The position numbers were made by a program, and so were the translations under genes. A DNA stretch of 63,430 nucleotides, the filler included, from Lenisia limosa (lineage: Eukaryota; Protista; Breviatea), in NCBI GenBank assembly GCA_001655205.1. It is 8 parts of 8 records of this genome, joined end to end, with 100 filler letters (N's around TTAATTAATTAA, not from the genome) between each part and the next. Parts side by side here need not be neighbours in the genome. Positions count along the whole stretch, not along the records: positions 46,844 to 49,561 come from LPNZ01007947.1; positions 49,662 to 51,766 come from LPNZ01002146.1; positions 51,867 to 60,087 come from LPNZ01010405.1; 5 more parts are not named here. The stretch is one strand, 5' to 3'. Below, one piece after another: positions 46,844 through 57,329 of the stretch. The notes under the pieces are model-generated. The model was not told the origin of the DNA. It searched no databases and worked only from the letters and a program-made list of their open reading frames with translations. Numbering within the stretch: position 1 is the stretch's first letter; every line of letters begins with the position of its first letter.

Positions 46844-49174
46844 CAGGGTCATGCTTCACACACTCAAGAAAATGCGCGTATTTACGCAAAAGAAGCTTGT
46901 TGTTGGGGTATCTGGGGGGAGGGCGGAGTAAAATGAAGGAAATTTTGATGAAGAATATTGGTGTTAAGTAAAATTGGAACAAAAACACAAATGCCGTTTT
47001 TTTGGGGAGGTAGAGGTATAATAACACACAACAAAAACACAAATGCCGTTTTTTTGGGGTGGTAGAGGTATAATAACACACAGGCGAGGGTCANNNNNNN
47101 NNNNNNNNNNNNNNNNNNNNNNNNNNNNNNNNNNNNNNNNNNNNNNNNNNNNNNNNNNNNNNNNNNNNNNNNNNNNNNNNNNNNNNNNNNNNNNNNNNNN
47201 NNNNNNNNNNNNNNNNNNNNNNNNNNNNNNNNNNNNNNNNNNNNNNNNNNNNNNNNNNNNNNNNNNNNNNNNNNNNAACTGAAATAGCGTTCCCATTACA
47301 ATATATCCCTCTCCAAATCTTGAATTACATTTAATAGAAATAAAACAAAATAATAAAACCTGGGGCCTACCGATGGATCAGTTTGAGGTATGACGTCAGC
47401 GCCTTTCGATGCGCCACGTTGATGGTTTGCGCGATAATTGGCAGAATTGACACGTCGACATGAGCCGCAAAAAGAGCCGCCCAAAACCGCCGGATATTGT
47501 TTATCGCGTCCTGGGGGGGGGGGGGGGNNNNNNNNNNNNNNNNNNNNNNNNNNNNNNNNNNNNNNNNNNNNNNNNNNNNNNNNNNNNNNNNNNNNNNNNN
47601 NNNNNNNNNNNNNNNNNNNNNNNNNNNNNNNNNNNNNNNNNNNNNNNNNNNNNNNNNNNNNNNNNNNNNNNNNNNNNNNNNNNNNNNNNNNNNNNNNNNN
47701 NNNNNNNNNNNNNNNNNNNNNNNNNNNNNNNNNNNNNNNTTTTATCACAATTTTAGTACCTCCCCTCCTGCACCAAGAATAATACAAACCACCAGTGTAT
47801 TTAGAGATATATGACATACTACAGATATACAGTGACCGGGAAAAGTCTTGACCGATTTGCTATATGATTATCCAAGGAACATCGGTCAAGACTTATCACG
47901 ATCACTCTATATATAATATTGCGCTTCCCCCGGTCCCGGACTGTTCCAGTCCGGAGGAAGAAGCACTATTCATGAATAAGAGGATTATAGCCCACTAATC
48001 CACCCCCCCCCCAGACTTGGTGGAACCTCCTGGCTTGGTCATAGTTCTTTTGGAACTCGGCTGACGATACGACATCACTGATCGCTTCCTGGTGCTGGGA
48101 GGGGGGTAAAACGAATGAAATTTATTCAACAAAAAAAGCCCAAAATCATCTCTGTTGGCTAACAAGACACGAAGGTTGATAACACAAAANNNNNNNNNNN
48201 NNNNNNNNNNNNNNNNNNNNNNNNNNNNNNNNNNNNNNNNNNNTGAAGAAAATATATTGGGCGGGGGATCGGGTCGACTTCCTTTTTCAGAATGAGTCGA
48301 ATTTCCAGTTTTCAATCAAGAATTTTGCGTTACTCCAACGCGCTACAAATGCTGTAGGTTAAGTTTTGTTTTGATTGAATTTGTAGTTGGAATGATCATC
48401 ACCTTACTGCAAAATTTATGAGACGCTCTAATGGACGCTCTGTCACAATACAACTGGGAAAACTCTACTGATGAAAATGACAATGTGCCCAATATCTTTA
48501 CCCCGGTTTGTGGGGGGTTGTTGTTGTTCGCCTGTAAATAAGTCATGTGTTCAGAATCTTTTCGTGCCTAACTTTTCCTCACTGTTTTGATGATTTTAAA
48601 ACACGGTCATGTAGACTGTTTTCTTGCGTTAAAAAAGATATGTTGTTTCTTATTTGAGATTTTGCTGAACTAAGAGGAATGGATGTGTTCGGTCTCGAAC
48701 TATAACGGGCTTGTTTTTGATGTTGTTATTTTTGATATGACATAATATGTTAGTATAATGACCATGAAATAGTTGGTGTTGGTTGAACTAGTACATATGC
48801 ATTAGATGGTGTTGTGGGGCCTGGTGTGGCTTGATGGGCATGAGAGTATTTGGACCAGCCAATTTTTCATCCAATTTTTAGCCGGTTGCCGATGTCCGAT
48901 TTTTTTAGCCGAATTTGGGAGCCAGCCAAAAAAATGGAAGCAGAGGGGGAGGGGTGAATAATTTGGGCAATTTCGATGAATAATATTGGCGTAAAGGTAC
49001 AAATTACAAACTGAATCGTCTGAAACTCCAAAAAAAAAAACAGTCTTGGACACTTGCTCTTCCACCCACCTGGCTCCATTCGCGCTCCTTCTGGTAGATA
49101 AAGAACCGGACGTCGAAGGGCGGCGCCAGGGCCTTGGCTTTGTCGACTTGCTCTCTCGCACTGATAAGGTCTCT
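46844..49174 (-). CDS. Internal fragment of a TmcB/TmcC (tiny macrocysts)-like large membrane signalling protein
   Basis: Five exons splice in frame: RDLISAREQVDKAKALAPPFDVRFFIYQKEREWSQ|ANNNNPPQTG|EAISDVVSSAEFQKNYDQARRFHQ|DAINNIRRFWAALF...RKALTSYLKLIHR|YPNNKLLLRKYAHFLECVKHDP, matching the family pattern RF-x-IY...EFQ-x-x-Y...R-x-FW...RYP...LLR-x-Y-x-x-FL. Confidence 0.72.
46978..47080. repeat. Intronic tandem duplication of about 52 bp
   Basis: AACAAAAACACAAATGCCGTTTTTTTGGGG(A/T)GGTAGAGGTATAATAACACAC twice. Confidence 0.9.
47830..47907. mobile_element. MITE family C copy
   Basis: TA|CAGTGACCGGGAAAAGTCTTGACC...GGTCAAGACTTATCACGATCACTC|TA. Confidence 0.85.
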
Positions 49175-49449
49175 CTGGAAGGGGAGTTATGATATAGTAA
49201 ATATGAGATAGTACTATATATGACGTTGACCCCTGTCGTCTGACCCCCCTCATAACAAACCTTGAAGTAGTAGAGGAAGTTACTGTACTGAATTTGGACC
49301 ATTGAAGAGTATTTGAACTGTTGTGATCCTAGGAATTTAGGGGGGAAATACAAAAGACGTTACGATTTAAATACAAATCTGTTTGGAATGAAAATATAAG
49401 CATTCCATGCGGATCCACTATTGATAATACTATTAATTAACCAACAAAG

Positions 49450-49561
49450 ACACACAGACACAGACACAGACACACATACACACAGACACAGACACAGACA
49501 CATACACACAGACACACACACAGACACAGACACAGCCACAGACACAGCCACAGACACAGAC
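49450..49561. repeat. (ACAG/AC)n microsatellite
   Basis: Array of GACACA/GACACACA units running into the linker. Confidence 0.95.
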
Positions 49562-49661
49562 NNNNNNNNNNNNNNNNNNNNNNNNNNNNNNNNNNNNNNN
49601 NNNNNTTAATTAATTAANNNNNNNNNNNNNNNNNNNNNNNNNNNNNNNNNNNNNNNNNNNN
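49562..49661. other. Artificial scaffold linker
   Basis: 44N-TTAATTAATTAA-44N. Confidence 0.97.
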
Positions 49662-51680
49662 AGCGAGCCAGCTCCGAATTGAACCTTTGTCTCTCCGGCA
49701 CCAGTTTCGACATAGAGCTTGGAGGGTAAGAGATAATGAAATAAACCCGTATCGAAATAGGGCTTCATTTTGGTTCGAAAAAAGACTAAATTTCTCGATA
49801 AATCCTCGAGAATTAGCGATATTTTAACGGTTCTTTCAAACCGAAGTAAAGCCCTAAATATGATGGCAAGAAAGATCTTCACATACCTCAGCTTGTATGA
49901 TTCCTGTGAAGGAGATGTATGGCCACATGCATGAGTGAGTCCCTCCTGGAAGGTTAGAGACAAAAACGATGTAAAAAACCCAGGTAATAAGGATTCTTCA
50001 TTGAAGCCCCCCCCCCCCANNNNNNNNNNNNNNNNNNNNNNNNNNNNNNNNNNNNNNNNNNNNNNNNNNNNNNNNNNNNNNNNNNNNNNNNNNNNNNNNN
50101 NNNNNNNNNNNNNNNNNNNNNNNNNNNNNNNNNNNNNNNNNNNNNNNNNNNNNNNNNNNNNNNNNNNNNNNNNNNNNNNNNNNNNNNNNNNNNTGGATGT
50201 TTGCCATCGTGTCTGAAAAGTCAGTTCAGTTCAGTTCATTTCAATCAAATTTCATTTAAGTTCAATACAATTGTAGTTCGTTCAGTTTAGTTCATTTCAA
50301 GAAAATTTTGGCTCATTTCAATGATAATGTCGCTTAATTGGAGTTCAGTTCTCAGTTCACAGAGCTCCCACAAACCTGTGAACCTCCAGTAACATGTGCC
50401 GTGAACACCATCAATGGGGTGACGGACCGATGTGAAGATAAGTTCATTATCGAAGTCGGTTTTGAGATCGATAAGCGTCTGGAAGAAGTGAATTTGGAAC
50501 ATTTATGAAAATGGTGGATCATATCAACTCGGAGGGGGGAGTAAAATCGGAAAATTTGTGAAAATTCATTGTAAATCAGATACGGAAATATTAAAAATGA
50601 TTGGCTGGCCCAAGCCGTCCACACTATCACGATTAACATAATTAGCTATGGTATGATGATATGGTACCCTATATGAACTTTTTTGTTTTCTTAAACCACA
50701 ACTCAAAACTAGGGCTTCAATTCGGTTAAAAAAAAAGACCGAGTTTCTCGATAAATCCTCGAAAACTATCCATATTTTTCCGAGTTTTTACAAACAGAAG
50801 TGAAGCCACCGCTCACCACAGTAGACGTGGTGTTAACGAGCTTGAACAGTTCCACGATTTCCCCTTCAATTGGCAACCAGATGTTGGAATCTCTGAAAAA
50901 GATAAAGCAAATCAGTAGTTGGGAAACTAGTTGACAGGTATTTCGTAATCTAAGAAAGCGGTTTATTAAACAGAGATTTAGAGGAATCTCTGCAAAAGGT
51001 TAATTGATGGGTGATTTGGAGGAATCAGTAGTGGAAAAGGGAACATCTCTGAAAGAGAATAAAATAGCAGGAGTCTCTATCTATTGAAAGTAAAGCCCAA
51101 GTGACAAACCTGTATTGGAACTCGGCAGTGATTGAGCTGAAGCCCTCAAAGGCGTCGATCTAGAAAGTCAACAAATACCACGGTAATTGGGGAGTATCTA
51201 AATCAGGTATTGGTTCTTGGATTATCTAAAGCAAGCTTTTTCGAGTTGACCTTGAAGCGCACTACCTCACAGGTCTTCAAAAGTAAAATTAATCACAATT
51301 TTAATCATTATTTATTGGTTTATTGAATTTCTGTTCAGCTTCCCTCAACTGTCTGCATTGAAAAAGAAATGTATGTTTTTACCACTTGCCTTTTGAGGCA
51401 TCTTAGAATATTCCTTCTTTGATTTATTCAAGTCGAAATTGTTTATCAAACCTACGAGTGGGCGCGGAGGTATGATAATTTGTCAATGGTATCCCTTTGT
51501 ATTTATTTGTTTCCCTAGATATTTAATGCATTTATTTCTCTTGTTCAAAAAAAAAAAAACCTTACTGAAAACCTACGATCCCCCCCTCCTCCCCATTACA
51601 TAAAGTGAAGTACCCGCTTCCTTTTCCTGCGTAGGCTGTACGACGCCGTTGACTGTCGTTCTGAGAGATGTTATAATTGA
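49662..51680 (-). CDS. Internal fragment of a hypothetical multi-exon gene
   Basis: Short AG/GT-bounded exons: IDAFEGFSSITAEFQY|GT, RDSNIWLPIEGEIVELFKLVNTTSTV|GTGAG, EGLTHACGHTSPSQESYKL|GTATG, LYVETGAGETKVQFG. Confidence 0.35.
49758..49856. mobile_element. MITE family A copy
   Basis: TAGGGCTTCATTTTGGTTCGAAAAAAGAC...CAAACCGAAGTAAAGCCCTA. Further copies at about 50710-50807, 52041-52139, 57821-57893, 59645-59740 and 61915-61997. Confidence 0.9.
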
Positions 51681-51766
51681 ATTTGGCAAAAAGTATTAGT
51701 TTACCCTGGACACCTCACCCCAACATTGCCTTGTTCCCTTCTTCCCCCATCTCCCTCCCTCCCTCT

Positions 51767-51866
51767 NNNNNNNNNNNNNNNNNNNNNNNNNNNNNNNNNN
51801 NNNNNNNNNNTTAATTAATTAANNNNNNNNNNNNNNNNNNNNNNNNNNNNNNNNNNNNNNNNNNNN
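51767..51866. other. Artificial scaffold linker
   Basis: 44N-TTAATTAATTAA-44N. Confidence 0.97.
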
Positions 51867-52327
51867 ATTATTGTTATTTGTATTATTATTGTTATTACCA
51901 TATTTTTATTATATTATTATTATTCTGGGCATATTGTCGTAGCTTGGCAAGGCATTCCATGTGTTCTGAGTTGTCCCCTCCAGAAGCCCCTTCCGTCCCC
52001 TATTGAGGTAACCTTGTTTAATATTTCTCATCTTTGTATCTTGGGCCTCACTTCAGTTCGAAAAAAGACTAAATTTTTCGATAAACCCTCGAAAACTTTC
52101 GGTATCTTCAGGTCTTTTTCTTACCGAAGTGAAGCCCTTTTTGGGTGATCTGGTACAATCTCCCGGCCTGTACCATAGTAGCCCCTATTTGTATCATAAA
52201 ATTATTATTTATTATTATTGGTATTTATTATTATTGCTATTATCCTAATTCAAGCGTGATGGTTTGGACTGCTTCCGCCAAATACTGCCTTGTTTTTTAT
52301 TTCGTATTGCTATAAATCCTCACGATA

Positions 52328-55300
52328 TAGATTCCGCTTTTGTCTGGAGTGACCACTATTGCTGTTGACTCCAATGGGTCTTCTTGTGGTGGGTCTTGTA
52401 ATTTTCAATAATCCACGAAAACTATCGATATTTTGCCAAATATAAAATCGCTTGATTATATCAATCCTCATTGGCATTAACTCACAACAACCCCAGCATT
52501 TGGCCTGCAAGACGGCTGCGTGTTCCTCTATTCCGCGGCCACACGCCTCAAGGCTCTTTTACCCCATCGACACCCCGGCGCCGTAATGTGAGGGGGGGAT
52601 ATATGAATATGATATACAGTGACCGATAAGTTTTGACTGATTTGCTGAGTGATTTGTGTAACCCTCCTTTTTTTTTTTTCACAATATATTGACTATTCAG
52701 TGGACTGGTGTTTACCAAGGCGGATCGAGTGATCAGTGCGGGAGGCTCTCCACCCTCGCTGCACATTTCATCAGCCACTAGCCCGTTTACCCTCAATGCT
52801 AGGTGCGAAAGGGGGGTATTCTTCTTTGTTGTGTTGTTCTCAAGCCTCGCGTGGCTTTTTTGTTTCATAAATATTCCAATTTTACCCCTTCTTTCGAATT
52901 CGTGTCAGTACCTTTACATTCTGTTTTTTTTTTTNNNNNNNNNNNNNNNNNNNNNNNNNNNNNNNNNNNNNNNNNNNNNNNNNNNNNNNNNNNNNNNNNN
53001 NNNNNNNNNNNNNNNNNNNNNNNNNNNNNNNNNNNNCTTTGCCACTCCTTGCAGCAAAGCCCTGTTTAGCTGCTATTACAACCGATAACGGTCCAATGGT
53101 GGCGGTGGGAGGGTTATTATGGTGATGACGATTTTTGTTTGTTGTTGTTGATAATGATGATGATGATTATTATTATTATGATGGTGATGGTAATGATGTT
53201 GATGATAAGGATTTTTATTATTATTGTGATCTGTTGTGTTACATAAATTTTTCCATTGTCACACACCCTAGATTGGCCCGGCCTCGCGAGATGGTAAATT
53301 TGGCGTGTGCATAGTGGACGTAGACAAGTGCGAGGCCATTGCCTGGCTGGACCTTGGTGCGACTAAAGGTTGGGGGTGGGGGGGTACCGCTGTATATAGC
53401 ATAATATGATACCTTTAAGACCCTTTTTCCATAAAAGACCCAATTTTCCCCTTTTTCCTATCAAAGGAAAATAGGACAAGACTTCTCTAGTGTACTGTAT
53501 TACATGATACCTCTATTTCTTTTGAAATAACTTCTTCTTTGAAAGCTTCTTTTTAAAAATATCTTCTTTTTCTTTTTTACAATAACTTCTTTTCAGAAAC
53601 CCCCCTTGGATGGAACGACCTGCGTCTCAGCCCCTCAGCAATCTTCACCCATCTTTGGTCCAAGTGGGGTGGGGTACTTGGCAAATAAATATTACATATA
53701 CTACTAGACATATATATAGTACACAAAATGAGAAATATAAAAAATAAGGTTGTATCTTGCCGAAGCCGTCCATCACGCTTCAAAGAGATATTGGATACCC
53801 AATCATTCGCCATACAAATTTGTGCACACAGCTTTCTGCGTACCTCCCCAGCATACAATATACAGTATAATATCCTATATCCGATATGTACAGTGGCCGG
53901 AATATCAAATGTATAATATTGGAGAATTTGATTCTTTTACGATCCAGTGAGGCCGCCACCCCAGCCGAGCCAGAGAAGAAATCGGACAGGAAAAAGAAAA
54001 AGCCAGACGTATGCTGAAGTGGCTCTTTTTTTTTTTGTTTGTTTATTCTGTATTTGTTTGTTTCATAAATTATCCAATGCAATGCTGCAGAANNNNNNNN
54101 NNNNNNNNNNNNNNNNNNNNNNNNNNNNNNNNNNNNNNNNNNNNNNNNNNNNNNNNNNCTCGTGTTTTGTCAGCCAAAAGAGTTGATTTGGGCTTTTTTG
54201 TTTCATAAATTTTCCCATTTTACTCACCCTTCCCCAGCTCCATGCGGGCATCTCGTCATCTTCCCTGCTAACTTCGGGGTCAATGATGGTCTCGAATACA
54301 TACAACCCCTCAGCATCGAAGTGCCCGGGCGTGGTGACCATGCACACGTTCGCTGATGTTTCGAGAAACTCAAGAAATGATGTGAGAGTGGGGCTTTATT
54401 GAAGGAGTAATCGGACTTTATATATAGCAATGAGAAATAGATGTATTCACCCAAACATTTGATCGGGCTTTATAGAAATGGGTGTGTTCTGATATCTTAT
54501 CTTTTCGGTGGAGGNNNNNNNNNNNNNNNNNNNNNNNNNNNNNNNNNNNNNNNNNNNNNNNNNNNNNNNNNNNNNNNNNNNNNNNNNNNNNNNNNNNNNN
54601 NNNNNNNNNNNNNNNNNNNNNNNNNNNTTTCATCTTTTCATCTTTTCTTCATTTAGGTGTAAGAAGCCCATGATTATTTGAGGATATTGTTTTTGAGTGT
54701 TATATCGAAACATATATATGTACATACATGCACATATACATACATAGGTACATTTCATATATACTATGATGATGAAGGTACATTTCATATATACTATGAT
54801 GGTCTTTTTACTACCATTTTTTCTTCCTTTAACAATGCAGTCTTTGGGTATCGGAGGTCCAGCAGCTGGCTTTGGCGGACCCAAAGGTGCGCGGGGGGGG
54901 GGGGGGNNNNNNNNNNNNNNNNNNNNNNNNNNNNNNNNNNNNNNNNNNNNNNNNNNNNNNNNNNNNNNNNNNNNNNNNNNNNNNNNNNNNNNNNNNNNNN
55001 NNNNNNNNNNNNNNNNNNNNNNNNNNNNNNNNNNNNNNNNNNNNNNNNNNNNNNNNNNNNAAATGATTGGGTTAATATTATACTATAATCCAATATCTCA
55101 TATAAGCGTTATGGTATGGACGGCTTCGGCCAGATACATCTTATTTTTATTTCTCATTGCTATATATAAAGTCCTATCACTCCTTCAATAAAGCCCTCCT
55201 CTCACATCATTTCTTGAGTTTCTGGAAACATCATCAAATGTGTGCATGGTCACCACGCCCGGGCACTTCGATGCTGAGGGGTTGTATGTATTATGGTACT

Positions 55301-56938
55301 TTTTTTTTTCTCATTGCTATATATGTATAGTGGGGGTATGTATGTATATAATTATAAGGACTATGTATTATATGTATGTATTTATCATCTCGCTTCACCC
55401 CCATCATTAAAACTCCCTCATCAAAACGATTGATTTCGAAATTCCCTCTTTTCCCACCATTGTCCGGTAAATTTCTCTCTTCCTGGCAATTCTTATTGAA
55501 ATAGGGCTATACCGAGGCCCGTCCGCAGGCCTGGCCAGTCTAATGGGCGGCTCAATGTCCCTCAATACTCCCCGGGAGTCGGGGCTAACGTCAATGCTCC
55601 GACCACAGCAGGAGAACGACTGGGGCGACGAGCCTGATGAGGAGGTGGGAGGAGTGAAATGCTGTTTTTTTAATGTAATTATTAGGTTGTATTATATGCA
55701 ATATAGCCTGATAAACAAGCATCCCCCTTGTTTTCAGAATAATCTTGCTCACTGTTGTTATGGCTGTTTAGAATGCAGCTCATCGGAAAATGGGAATTTT
55801 TTTGTTCTGGTTGATTTTAGGCTTCTTTGTTTTTTGGTTTTTTTTTTTGTTTCAGAAATTTTCCAATACCCCCCTATCCTGTTTAACCCAGCAGGTCACA
55901 TGGGAAGACTTGGTCGGAAGCAAGGTTGCCAATCACATTCAAAACAAGTGGGGGGGGCTGGGCCCAACACTGACCAACTTTTGTTTTTGACCGCGAAATA
56001 ACTCAAAAATAGGCTCAACACTCGCGCGCAACGCGAGGCTGCGCGTCCGATGAGATTGCGCCAGATCACAAATGAGCTTCGGCAGCGTATGGGCCTTCCC
56101 CCAGGTTAGTTGTTGTTTTGGTTGTATTTTTGATTATTGGTTATCGGTTTGTATGACAATGTTTGTTTTTAGATGTGTGCCAATGTGTTTCTTTACATGA
56201 ATGTGTTTCTATATAATATGAATGTGTGTCTTCGAAACAATGTGCCGTAGTGCAATCTTCCCCTGTATTTTATGAGTTTTTATGAGTTATGAGTTTCTTT
56301 ATAATATATTTATGATTTCAGAGAGGGTTGACGAGGTTTCCTTTTCGAAGAGCAAAAGACGACCAAGGGGGTGAATTGCACAGATAAGGTATTTAGATTA
56401 GTGTGGAGTTGTATTGTACTTATGCTTATGTATTTTTTCGTGTACAGATCGAGAAGAAATCCATGAGTTTTGCAATTCACTACGGCGCATCGACTTGGGA
56501 TTTCCTTGTTGTTTGGGAATACCCTAAATTTCTTAAGATTTCCATCAAATTACTTGGAATTCCCATGTAAAATACAGGAATCCCAAGTTTTTTACAAGAA
56601 TTCCAAGTCGATGCGCGTAGTGTAGTTGGAAAATTTCTTTCAAGTCAGTTGCCTCCCGTGATACCACNNNNNNNNNNNNNNNNNNNNNNNNNNNNNNNNN
56701 NNNNNNNNNNNNNNNNNNNNNNNNNNNNNNNNNNNNNNNNNNNNNNNNNNNNNNNTTTAAACACAGAGCAGAAAATTCATGGGGGGCAGAGGACCCCCCA
56801 TAATAAAACCGATGGGAATAGACATGATGTTTGTAAAGACAGAAATAATACATATGTTATACATTTGCATATCCACAACACAGAGGTTGATCAGCAAAAC
56901 GCAGCACAGGAGGGAGGCACTTGAGTCAGGATTCCAAT
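52328..56938 (+). CDS. C-terminal part of a WD40-like repeat protein with low-complexity/helical tail
   Basis: Phase-consistent exons: VTTIAVDSNGSSC|AFGLQDGCVFLYSAATRLKALLPHRHPGAV|IGLVFTKADRVISAGG...|IGPASRDGKFGVCIVDVDKCEAIAWLDL|...|QVTWEDLVGSKVANHIQNK|LNTRAQREAARPMRLRQITNELRQRMGLPP. 3' end uncertain. Confidence 0.55.
53727..53857 (-). repeat. Repeat family B copy
   Basis: Reverse complement: TTGTATGCTGGGGAGGTACGCAGAAAGCTGTGTGC...AATGATTGGGTATCCAATATCTC...AAGCGTGATGGACGGCTTCGGCAAGATACAACCTTAT. Confidence 0.85.
55061..55170 (+). repeat. Repeat family B copy followed by a 3' flank duplicated from 54295-54420
   Basis: AAATGATTGGGTTAAT...GGACGGCTTCGGCCAGATACATCTTATTTTTATTTCTCATTGCTATATATA. Confidence 0.85.
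56478..56622. mobile_element. MITE family F with CACTAC-starting TIRs
   Basis: CACTACGGCGCATCGACTTGG...CCAAGTCGATGCGCGTAGTG; second copy at 57056-57185. No clear TSD. Confidence 0.75.
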
Positions 56939-57329
56939 AATGAATCGAAATTGGAATCTGAAGAATTTTTTGGGATCCAAAACCAGGTAGTCGATAGAAC
57001 CGTCCTCGTCCTGTCTCTGAGAGCCCCTTTCCGGCCTAAATGCACTTGGTGATATCACTACGGCAATTGGACTTGGGATTCCCTTGTATTTGCCATAAAT
57101 ATCTTCACATTTTCAAAAAAATCTATCGATTCCCATGGAAATTTCCAAGTTTTTCACTAGAATTCCAAGTCGATGCGCCGTGGTGTGCCGTATGGAAGGA
57201 ATAAATTCCGTCACCATCGACAAAAGGTGAATTATGTTAGAAAAAGCAACAATATAATACCTTATTATTCCATATCTACGTAAGAAGAAAACGGGAGGCT
57301 ACATTCATCATACATAATGCATTAAAAAT

